This document shows, in pieces, positions 23,866 to 41,219 of a DNA stretch of 53,322 nucleotides. Made by a program: the position numbers and the translations under genes. The DNA is taken from assembly GCA_910592345.1 (NCBI GenBank), contig CAJVPI010000109.1, forward strand, positions 1-53,322. Direction: 5' to 3'. Source of the DNA: Paraglomus brasilianum (lineage: Eukaryota). The notes beneath the pieces were generated by a model. It saw only the letters and a program-made list of their open reading frames with translations, had not been told where the DNA came from and did no database searches. Each line of letters begins with the position of its first letter. Position 1 is the stretch's first letter.

Positions 23866-25091
23866 AAGCCTTATTGGAACGGCATAGTCTCAGAAATTGT
23901 GGTTATCCATTTGTGACTGACTCTGCCCCCCCCCCCCCCCCCATACTACAAAACTCATGGTTTTCGTCAAGGAAGAAGAGTCCCCCGACGAGAACCCCAA
24001 ACAAGGGAAAAAACGTTAATGAGCATGAGGACAAGAGACTTCAAAAATCATGCGCATGGGGTGAACGCAAATTCGTGCGAACTGTTGTGCGTATTGGAAT
24101 GTGATGAAGCATTAACTGCTAGGTATGATTGTTATTTTTCGATTCTTTTTTTGTTTCGATTCGTTTTGATTTATTTTATTTTTATTTTTATTTTTATTTT
24201 TATTTTTATTTGTTGTTTTATTGTTATTTTTATTGTAATTGTTATTGCTATTTTATTGTTATTGTAATTGTTATTTTATTTATTTATTTTTGACAATTTT
24301 AGGGGCAAGATAATTAACCAAAATATAGAAACCAGCAAAGTTCGATAAACGAGTATTTATCCGCCGCTTTCACCGTCATACTCGATTATCAAAGTTCGTC
24401 TTTGTCGAAATAATTCGTGCGCAGAATTTTTCAAAATCCACGTTTATATCCATGCTTTCCGCATACCTGTTATCACTCTGGACGACAAACGCGATTTGTG
24501 GCCGCTTCATTTCGAAAAAAAAAAAAGGCATAATAATAAGTGGCCTGTTCCTCACAGAATAACGTCCGACAAAACTAATGAATGGAAATTTTCATGACAC
24601 CGCGAAACCTAAGCGGATAGTTCTATTCATGCAGTTTCCTTCACATTGTACTCTCCTACTAAAAATTGGCCAATACAACATTGGGCGTCTATGCAAGCAT
24701 CTTCTATCTATAAAGGACAAGCTGGTTGCCTCTAGTTCAAAACGTAAGAAGAAAAATCATAAAAAGAGTGTCGCGTTTTTTACTCGTCGAATTTGATGCC
24801 ATTATCATTCTTCCTTTTGAGGTGTCGAATATGGTAAATCGTAAAACAAGAAAGATAACACGAAAAACCGTTCGTAAAATGCTCTGTTGGGGCCACTTTC
24901 GCCAACGTCTAATGGCTAAAGCAGAAGAATTAGGTTCATGTTATTATCCAAAATGAGGCATACACTTCAAAAACTTGCAGCTGGTGTGGGAGCGTTCAAA
25001 AATTAGGAGGGTCCGGTGCCGAAAATTGTGGGACTGTAATGGATCGAAATGAAAATTGGCGCTCGGGAATGCATTGCTTGATGGAGCCTAG
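23866..25091 (+). pseudogene. Degenerate Fanzor (IS607-type TnpB-like RNA-guided RuvC nuclease), with putative intron 24123-24302
   Basis: Collinear motifs across frames: KPYWN, SQKLWL, NSWFS, KVR*TSIYP, TLYSPT..KIG...RLCKH, HKKSVAF, EFDAIIILPFEVSNMV (RuvC-II), RKMLCWGH.FRQRL..KAE, NEAYTSKTCSWCG, CR.CG, MDRNEN-GAR (RuvC-III), ALLDGA*. There are many indels. Confidence 0.85.
24165..24292. repeat. (TTTTTA)n/(TTGTTA)n hexamer low-complexity tract inside the putative Fanzor intron
   Basis: Seen directly in the sequence. Confidence 0.85.
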
Positions 25092-25362
25092 ATTCTCAGT
25101 TATAGTAGTAATGCCTATTGATATGTTACAATCCATCCGGCAGTACCAATAGACACCACTCTACGTAAATATTTTAATAGTTGCTACGGTTTTATTAAAG
25201 ATTTAGTGAACAGTATGGTCTAGTGAAGTAGGATATATAATGCAAAATTCAAAGCTTCATGATAAATTTATTATACATTGCTAACAACACTCGCATTTCC
25301 AAGAACTTGTTTTCGACCCGCAAATAATTCGTCTATAGAATTGATTGTACGTTCTATCGATT

Positions 25363-31507
<6,145 letters not shown>

Positions 31508-32072
31508 TTTGACGTATAGTATCAACTATAAGAGAGGGCTGATTGCTGCGAAACAGGTAAATAAATACTGCTACAACAGTTACACATGTTTATATGCTTT
31601 CCCACGATTTGACAAACTGCGCCATATGAAAATTATAATAATTATTGTAATTGCCTTCTTCGATGGGAAAGCAAATTGGTTGATATATGATACCCCAATT
31701 TTATTCTCATTGCTCCGAGTTTACATTTACATCATACGATAGGAAGTAAAATGCTTCTTTTAACTTTGTTTTGCGCGTATGGTAGGCAACCTAATTGAAT
31801 CCTTTATATAGAGACATTGGCCTTGCGTGCCGTACGTTGTAACTAGACTGTTTTTCCAACGCAATTGTTGTTCCATACTGGATATTGACCTCGTAATATA
31901 ACATGATAATGATCATTACGCCAGTGAATAAAGAATTATCAGTATACTAACGTTATGGGGACTTGTACTACTTTAAGATCTGGCCCGGGATTAACGGCCC
32001 CTGGAATTAATGGGAATATTCACGTCTGCCGAAAACCCGATCACCTATTCTTGCGGATCAACTTGACAGATA

Positions 32073-35000
32073 ATGAGCGTGATAGAAGTAAAAAGATCTT
32101 CCACTGAGGAAATTGATGTTGAAGAGACGGAAATTGAGGTCACTCTTTTTTATACATTCGACTGTTTTGATAATAGCATAGGTGTTCACGCAATCTTTCT
32201 CTTAATAGACCTTTGAGTTTAAACAACTGAGTAAAGATATTACCAAAGTAAAGATCGCAGATAAAGAATTTGATCCGAAAGAATTTCCGTCTCGCGTATC
32301 ATTATTCGCATTATCGAATACGTTTGGGTACTTTGTTGCTGCTTCCACGGAAGGTTAGTTCAGAAATGATTCATGTAAATAAAGTTCACGGTTGAATGAA
32401 GGCGTACAATTACATTGATAATCATAAATTCCTCAACATACAATCAGGGTTTATCTTCTCTACGACGAAAAATCTGAGAAGCTCTTTCATCGATGCTACA
32501 GGACCGCAACCAACGAAGAGATCAGAAAGGCCTCCCATACAGCAGGCTGTTCATGTTAAAATAAAAGATGGAAGGATACGCTGTCTACGATTGTCCTTTG
32601 ATCAATTGACTATATGTGTTGCAGTATCGAACGCTGCGAATGCTGGTGGAGGACGTCTTTTACTTTACGATGCAGCGGCTTTATCTCGCGCTGTAATTTT
32701 TGTTTCCGATTGGCTTCATGTTTATTTCTTGTATTATATATAAAGTGACATTGGTACATTCAACAATACAGTGCAAGGATGTTGGCCCGTACCAAGAAAT
32801 TTTCCTAGATTCAGACATTGTTGAGATTAGACCAAATACCGGTGACAAACCAAATATTATAGCTGTTCTGTTAATAACTGGGAGCGTGATGATTATCAGC
32901 TTTGAGTCTAATAATGCAAAAGTTATCTCGGAGATTAAGGGAGACGTAAGTTCAAGTATGTTATCAAATTATTGTAAACCGCTTCATATTACATGAGGGT
33001 TATCACTGTACATTCTAACATTCTTCTTGCGTCAAGTTTGTTGGTCTCCGAAGGGAAAGCAGATCGCGTGTGGAACGTATTCTGGGAAGATATTACAATA
33101 CACACAAGACGCAATAGCCAAAGTTATATATCCACCACCGCCTAATTTACCGGAAAACCAATCAATGAAAGGTATTAACACAGAGTATATAGCCAAATAC
33201 GATTATTGTTTCTGTTTAATGGTGTTCGCTATAGCTGATTACGTCAATGCTATCTTTAGTGTTGAATTTATTCTGGTTAGAAACTTTCATTTTTGTGGTA
33301 GTATATTATCCTGTGGTACAAGATGAAAATGCGGAAGCGATATCATACGCCGTAAAGCGAGAATCAGACAGAGCTAAATACAACAAGATACCAGCACTAT
33401 GTCTTCCAGTCTTTGCAACAGAACGTGGACCTAACTTCTACATAGAAATATTTAGAGGATGGTAAGATAACAATTCTTATGAACCGTTCTGGAATAGAAC
33501 TCGACTTAATTATCCAACAATTATGTAGGGATAGTAAAAGTCCATTTATCTTAGTATGCGCAAACACACAATCTTCCGAAATCGAACTGGTTGCATTCAA
33601 TAACAATCGATGGACAAAATGGTTTATTGAAATTGAAACATCCCGAGCATCACTGCCATTATCAGATCTCCCAAACAATGACGAAGATACTCATATCGTC
33701 GGAATGGCTCTTGATTTCACTGATATTGATGAATGGATGATAAAGCTAGACGAAGACTCGACCTCATCCGTACCCCCTGCCCCAATACTATATATACTCA
33801 ACGACGAAGATGATGCAATAGCCTATAGGTGTTTTAATAAAGAAGCATTTATTGAAAACGTATCGTATTCACAAATGGCGAAAGCGCAGCAGCTGCCAGA
33901 AGTCGGACCATCAAACAAGAAAGTTGAGCAAGGCGAGTACAGTTCCGTTGTGCAGCAAGACAAGGTTGACAAAACAAGCCAGCCAACGCTTCCACCAGAA
34001 ACTCCCAAGGCACAAATTATTCCACCCCCTCAGATTGAACATGTTGGACAGAAGAAGAGTTCGCCATATTATGAACCTGCCATGGGACTGGCTCAACTGA
34101 TAGACGTAGTGAGTATAATGTATTAAACTGTATTGATTCGCGATAAATGGATTATTTATTTTAAACTATAATCAAACTATCCCCGAACAGGTTCTCAAGA
34201 AACAAGAAAATACTCAAAGACACTTTGAAAGCAGGAAGAGGGCTGCTGCTTATCGTTTCTCTCGACCAGAATATGCTAGTGCAGAAGATTTAAATTGTTA
34301 CGATTTGCGCAAAATTGAGAAACTACAAGATAAATTTAAACATCAATTAGAGATATTGGATGCAAACTCTAACCATCTGAAACAAGAAGTAGCCAAAATA
34401 CGCACGTCTGTTTACAAAGGTATGATGGCTGAATGAGCATCCATCGATCTAGCAATGTTTCTCAACCCTCTTTTATTTTACAAAGGTAGGACTACGTCAG
34501 AAATGATTGAACTTCTTCGAGAAGCTATGGAAAGACCTACTACTGGAAGACTCGGTATAATCCAGGCACGCGTTAAAGGCCAGTTAGAAAAGAGTGTCAG
34601 AGTAAGTAAAATAGTGTATTATTTTGAATAAACTTGCCTTTTTTGAGACCATTGATCTAACTCTTGTAACTTATAGGTATTGGGCGAAAATATTCAATTG
34701 TTGGAAACTCAATTATCGGCTTTGAAAAAGCAAATTGCAGAGCGCAAGGGTAAAAAGATATTAACGTAAGGTTCAATTAAATATCAATACTTATTGTCGA
34801 TTAGAATCTTTTAATCAAGTAATGGCTTTCACATAGGCCTCAGCCACTGGAATTTGTCGACCGTTCAATTTGTAATATTAGCAAGACTATATCAGTAAAC
34901 TCTTGTGCAATCGATCGTTTAATAGAGGAGATGGGACAACTTGCAATCTCGCCCAATTCTGCAAAACCAACCTCCTCAAGTGTAATCCACCACAGTTTGC

Positions 35001-36896
35001 GAGGCAAGAAACGAGAAATCTCGACACCCGATAACATTATATTCCCTAATTCAGCGGCGGCACCGGTGGCAACGTTCGTAACGCGCGAATACAAATCTGA
35101 TAAATTGCGTAATGCATTTGAAACACAAAGAAGTCAGCCAGTGCTGACGAAAATTCACCGTGAAATTTTCGAAACACGAACCGCAAGTGGAGTACATATC
35201 TCGCCAATCCGCACGCCTCCTAAAAGAACTATAACGCAACAACAGAGAACGCCATCTGCTAGACCTAGAACTCGATATGATCAACGGCGGAACATGGGAT
35301 TTAATGTAATAAGCTGGGATAAAAAGGTGAAAGAATTTATTAAGAAAGACGAGAAAATATTAAATGAAGAGGAGGAAGAAGGTGAAGAAGGTGAAGAGTT
35401 CTATGATGAAGATGAGGAAGAGGATGAAGTAGTGGAGGAAGTGGTGGAGAAAGAAGTGGTGGAGAAAGAAGTGGTGGAGGAAGTGGTAGATGAAGAAGTG
35501 GAGGAGGAAGAAATGGTGGAGGAAGAAGTGGAGGAGGAAGAGGAAGAAGTGGTGGAGGAAGAAGTTGTGGAGGAAGAAGTTGTGGAGGAAGAAGTTGTGG
35601 AGGAAGAAGTGGCAGAGAAAGAAGTGGCAGAGGAAGAAGTGGCAGAGGAAGAAGTGGCAGAGGAAAAGGTGGCAGAGGAAAAGGTGGCAGAGGAAGGAGT
35701 GGTGGGGGAAGTGGTAGAGAAATTGGTGGAAGAAGAAGTGGTGGGGGAAGTGGTGGGGGAAGTGGTGAGGGAAGTGGTAGATGAAGAAGTGGAGGAGGAA
35801 TATGTGGAGGAGGAATTGGTGGAGGAAGTGGTGGTGGAGGAAGTGGTGGTGGAAGAAGTGGTGGTGGAAGAAGTGGTGGAGGAAAAGGTGGCAGAGGAAG
35901 AAGTAGTGGAGGAAAAGGTGGCAGAGGAAGAAGTGGTGGAGGAAAAGGTGGCAGAGGAAGAAGTGGTAGGGGAAGTGGTAGAGGAATTGGTGGAAGAAGA
36001 AGTGGTGGGGGAAGTGGTAGAGGAAGAAAAGAAGGAGGATGCATATGAGGAAGAACAGAAAAAGTTGGAAGAAGAGAAATCAATTAGTGAAATGGCCTTC
36101 GGACAACTTGCAATCAGTCAACCAACATTTGGACAGTCTACAATTACTCAAACCACCTTTGGACAGACTACAATTACTCAACCTACCTTTGGACAGACTA
36201 CAATTACTCAACCTACCTTTGGACAGACTACAATTACTCAACCTACATTTGGACAGACTACAATTACTCAACCTACATTTGGACAGACTACAATTACTCA
36301 ACCTACATTTGGACAGTCTACAATTACTCAACCTACCTTTGGACAGGCTGCAGTTGGTCAACCTACCTTTGGACAGCCAGCATTCAGTCAGCCTACCTTT
36401 GGACAGCCAGCATTTGGTCAGCCTACCTTTGGACAGCCAGCATTTGGTCAGCCTACCTTTGGACAGCCAGCATTTGGTCAGCCTACCTTTGGACAGCCAG
36501 CATTTGGCCAACATGGATTTGGTCAGCCCGTATTTGGCCAACATGGATTTGGTCAACATGGATTTGGCCAGAATCCTACCCTTGCTGCTCAATCTTCTTT
36601 GAAAGCACCAACAACTGGTGGATTTGCTAGATATACAAGGTATGGCATGATATTGTCTTTATTCATACTTAATACAATATGAGTTAACGTCTTCCCCTTA
36701 ATGTTTAGTAATAGTAAACTTGGAGGCTTCGGTGCACCCTCAGCACCAAGGTTAGTCAATGAAATAGTATTTATTAACTGTTGAATTTGTAGTCTATTTA
36801 TATCTATTTGATCATATATTAATATCTTTCTTTTTCCAATACAGTGATAATACAAACACACCCCAAGATTCTCGTTTTACACAGCATCGAGGATAA
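32073..36896 (+). CDS. NUP159: Nucleoporin Nup214/Nup159 family, multi-exon
   Basis: N-terminal beta-propeller (SLFALSNTFGYFVAA, CWSPKGKQIACG, IVGMALDFT, PPAPILYIL), coiled-coil exons at 34.2-34.9 kb, an acidic tract, C-terminal xFG repeats, GGFARY, and the end FTQHRG*. Confidence 0.9.
35365..36075 (+). repeat. Glu/Val-rich coding low-complexity tract (EEEVV/EEKVA pentapeptides), nearly C-free purine-rich strand
   Basis: 15-nt GAGGAAGAAGTGGTG-type repeats, in frame in ORF 34931-36682. Confidence 0.9.
36118..36570 (+). repeat. FG-repeat array: 30-nt units QPTFGQTTIT, then QPTFG/QPAFG and QHGFG units
   Basis: Near-identical tandem 30-mers CAACCTACmTTTGGACAGACTACAATTACT. Confidence 0.95.
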
Positions 36897-37843
36897 TTTA
36901 GATGTAATATAATGGATGTATTTGTTAATGTAATGTGACTTAAATATATTCTTACTGTCATCTTATTAATTTCTACTATATAAGCCCCAATCTATTTTTT
37001 AAACAGCTGGCATGAATATCTTTGCCGTTCAAGCGTATTCCCATTACACTAAATGATTCGTCGCATTTGTAACATGTAGCGCATCAGCACAGAGATGTTT
37101 AATTGCTGAATAAACGCGGTGTTTGCAATTGTAAACAAGCGCTCATTTAATCAACTCTTCTTTTAAGAACGTCTGTTACAACGTTAGCTAGCGTCCACGG
37201 TAATGCAGAACAAACGCAAGACTGTTATCCACACTTATAATTACTTATATTCTATTCAAAGGACAGAAGTGTTTAGGACTATATGCTAGAAAACGTATCG
37301 GTATATATGCTGGATTGGGGATTTCCAAGTGTGTGAAGTTGTTTGATGCACGAGTAAATATACGTTTATCGAGCGTTTGCCGTCGATTACATTTGCGATT
37401 ATTGAGTAACAGTAAGGACCTTGTAATAGCAAAGAAATTTCTATTAAATATTCTCTGCTGATCGTATATTTCTCATCATAGGCCTTAAAAACAATGCAAA
37501 ATGATCTACAAATCGTCACGTAACAATTGTCTGCGTTATCTCTGTTTATTACATAATCACGAACTATTTCATATAAATAAAGTAATATATGACGTTGATT
37601 GTTGATGTGATAAGGGGGCTCATAACATATGGCCCTTATTCATGGCGACCTTTTTTTCATATGAGGGGGCCTTATTTACGGCAGATACAACTTGCTTCAA
37701 CGGCGTCCGGAGTGACATCATTAATTCCGAGAAGACATTGTATTACAAACAATTAGTCACACAGATCCTTGTATAAATAGACACTAGCGCGACTTGAATC
37801 AATTTCATATTTATTTTTAATTACGTATTCTTCCGCAACAATC

Positions 37844-40318
37844 ATGTCTGGACCATTTGGAATTCCATTGGGAGTATTGACTGATTCTTACAAAGCTTCT
37901 CATGCTTTTATATACCCGCCGGCTCTGAAGGTACCATTTTTTTCTCGGAAGGCAAGATAGCGCATTACTAGTATGACTTACCGGAATTCTCTTGTATTGG
38001 TGCAAACAAACTATGATAGACAGTTGCTTATGGGGAGTTTCGTTGCGGATATGAACGAGACCGGGACGACACACGTCTTGTATTTTACGGGATTAGATTC
38101 GTGTACGTATCAACTGCTTTGGCACCATACAGCGTTATGGATATAAACATTGGCGCGCGAAATATTCATATGTAATCATTTTCCATTCAGAATTGAAAAC
38201 TATATTGCAAAAAAATGGACGGTAGAAGATGTTGACTATGCAGACCAGTTTTATGCAACGCATAATGCTGGGTACACTCCATTTCCGTACCCAAGGGATC
38301 TTTTCCTAAAGGTTGACAACCGTTTCAAACTTGTTTTATATAATTATTATCATTAACTACTTTTCTTGTTCTCATTGATTTTCCAGTTTATAAACGAGAA
38401 CGAGGGATACTTTCCAGTGAAAATAGAAGCACTCCCCGAGGGTACCGTCTGCCATGCTCATACGCCAGTATATCAGGTCACTGCTGAGAAAGAATATGCT
38501 CCTTTGGTTACATTTATTGAAACACTGTTGACGATGGTTTGGGTATGTGAAGAACAAGGACAAAGAAAGAAAAGAAGCTATAAAGATTCGTTTTAAAATA
38601 CCTTTTTGTTTCCATATTAGTATCCCACGACAGTCGCAACGCTTTCGCGCAGAGCAAAGGATCTGATTCAGCAGGCGTATGACGAAACGGTTGATGAGGA
38701 TGGATATGCATCTCTAGAGAGGTAAACATTTATTGTAAATAATCATAATGGGTTTTTATATTACTAACTAATACAACCTCTCAATGTGACGTTCTCGTTA
38801 TATAATAATTTGTACATTTATGTAAACAGTCGATTACATGATTTTGGTTTTCGTGGATGTACATGCCTAGAACAGTCGATTATTGGAGGTTCCGCTCATC
38901 TTGTAAGCTAATTTTAAAGTTACATAATTGATACATAATACTATTTTACAAACTAAATTTGTTCTATTTACTAAAAAGTTAAATTTTACGGGTACCGATA
39001 CAATGAGTGCAGCTTTCTATACACAGTTCAATCTTAATAATGGCAAACCCATTGCGACATCAATCCCCGCAACAGAACATTCTGTTATGACTGCGCACAA
39101 GACTGAACGGGTACATATAAGTTATGTGCCTCACAACGGTGTTTCGTTTATATTGGCTGACAATGTTTTCTGGTATTAGGCGGCAATTATGCAGATGATA
39201 GAACATTTTGGCTCGGGGGTATTTGCCTGCGTTATGGATTCTTATGACTATGCAAATGCATTAGAGAAGGTTTTGCCATCTATCGCATCGGCCAAAATTG
39301 GAAAGGGTGGCTACATGGTGTTGAGACCTGACAGCGGTGATCAAGCTGAGGTTGTTTTAATGGCATTGAGGTAGTATTCTATCGTTCTAGTAGTACATTA
39401 AGCACATAATTTCTGACGTTAACTAATTAAAACTGTGTGGGTATTATGGCTTCAGAAAAGCTGATGAAGTTTTCGGTAGTTATGTCAACAAGAAAGGATA
39501 CAAGGTCATTCGGGGATGCGGTGTGATTCAGGGTGACGGTGTTACGACAACCTCTTTGAAAAAAATCATTTATGCTGTAAAAAGCGCTGGCTATTCTCTT
39601 CAGAATGTTGCGTACGGAATGGGAGGCGGTTTACTTCAGGTATGACACGGGTTAAACGTTGCTATCAATGCAATTTGCTAAGTAGTACCCTATATAATTT
39701 AATTCCAGAAATTGAACAGAGACACAATGAGTTTTGCAACAAAACTCTCACACATTACATACAAGGACGGCACAGCACGGTAAGCACTATGCTTTATAGA
39801 CCACTTTGTGTTAGGAAAGTCTTTACAACAGTCTGTTGGGTTCGTAATATACTCGGAAGCATATTTAAAGTTATATCACCTGATACCACAGCGATGTGAT
39901 GAAAACACCAAAAACTGATAATAGTAAATTCAGCTTGCCTGGCGAACTTATGGTCGCTAGGAATGCCGATTGGGTAGGATATATTTATTTACTTATTAAT
40001 TATCTGGTTGTTTGTTTTTTTCAAGTTGCTGAGCGCTAAATCAATTATATACGCAAATTTGCTCGATGTTAATAGGTTCCCATTATTTACCCGAAAGATA
40101 CGCCATCAATCCCAAGTGAAAGTAATCTCTTGAAACTTGTCTATAATTATGGCGAGCTGTGTTCGTGGGAAACCTTCGACGATGTACGGAAACGAGTAGC
40201 AGATCAATGGAATAGGATGCCTAAGCACTATGATAATATTAGTCCAGCGTTGAAAGAAAAAATTAGAAAAATGGTTGAGAGCAGAAAGAGCGCTGACGAG
40301 TTGCAGTTGGGAAGTTAG
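37844..40318 (+). CDS. NAMPT: Nicotinamide phosphoribosyltransferase (NAMPT/NadV type), many exons
   Basis: LTDSYKASH, LHDFGFRG, NFTGTDT, SIPATEHS, VMDSYD, LRPDSGD, VIQGDGV, YGMGGGLLQK.NRDT. Confidence 0.9.
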
Positions 40319-41025
40319 ACAGGGATGCTTGATAGCTCATAACATACTTGTTGGATTCCTACTGATGGGCTTCAAGCAGCAACCGCATATTTATCATTAT
40401 TCCTAATTTATACAATACAGAATTTGAATTGCTTTTCTGATTTATATGGACGTTACATTAGTCAGTACCAACTGGACCAGCTGATAATGATCTGCTTCAT
40501 TTGACCAAATACTAACATTTACTGTTATCGCTATGCAACTTAAGCACTCTTCTGTCTATAGCAGGCAGTCGAACGAATTCCAAACACTGATCAAGGCCCT
40601 CGTCACAGCCAATGTCTCGACTGCAATTCATAACGTGATATTGTCTAATTCGATGCTTCCGAGTTAAATATCCTTTTTTATAATTCAAACACGTGATCAA
40701 AGCAATCCACTATTCTATGATACTTTCATAATAATAATAGCCAGCAAATTGACAATGCTCTTGTTTCGAGTAAAGCTTTATGTTACGAGACCCTTGCCTC
40801 GAAAATTAGCCCAAGAATATTATATTTGGTCTTTCCAACCATGACGAATTTTGTTTACAGTCGCGTATGGCTGGGTATGGTAGACCGACCTATCGACTTA
40901 CGAAGGCCATGTTAAAACTTTGTTACATTACGTAGAGTAAATAAATGATAACGAAAATAAATATAAAAGGCAATCGTTAGACAGTAAGAACTTCCGATTC
41001 ATCAGAAATAAATTATATTAATTAC

Positions 41026-41132
41026 TGTTTGCAATACAACAGCTATACGACTTAATTACCAATCTACGGATTGTTTGTAATACAACATCTATACGACTTA
41101 ATTACCAAGCTACGGATTGTTTGCAATACAAA
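41026..41132. repeat. 46-bp tandem repeat, ~2.3 copies
   Basis: Unit TGTTTGCAATACAACAGCTATACGACTTAATTACCAATCTACGGAT. Confidence 0.85.
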
Positions 41133-41219
41133 CACAAATTATCTAATTATTGTGTACAAACAATAAAATTTATCAACCGCTACTAAAATAGTAATGATGT
41201 TCTCTAGAGTAATTAAGTG

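Noticed and set aside
24019..24267. 82-aa hydrophobic membrane protein ORF
   Set aside because: The hydrophobic tail is a translation of a T-rich hexamer repeat inside the putative intron.
36118..36570. CRISPR-like regular 30-nt repeats
   Set aside because: The repeats are contiguous with no unique spacers and encode the in-frame FG repeats of the nucleoporin.
35340..36602. Pro/Leu-rich, Trp/Lys-rich and LRR-looking ORFs (35340-36083, 35490-35717, 36039-36602, 36080-36592)
   Set aside because: These are alternate-frame or antisense shadows of the nucleoporin repeats.
41026..41132. 46-bp repeats as a CRISPR array
   Set aside because: Head-to-tail minisatellite with no spacers and no cas genes, in a eukaryotic context.
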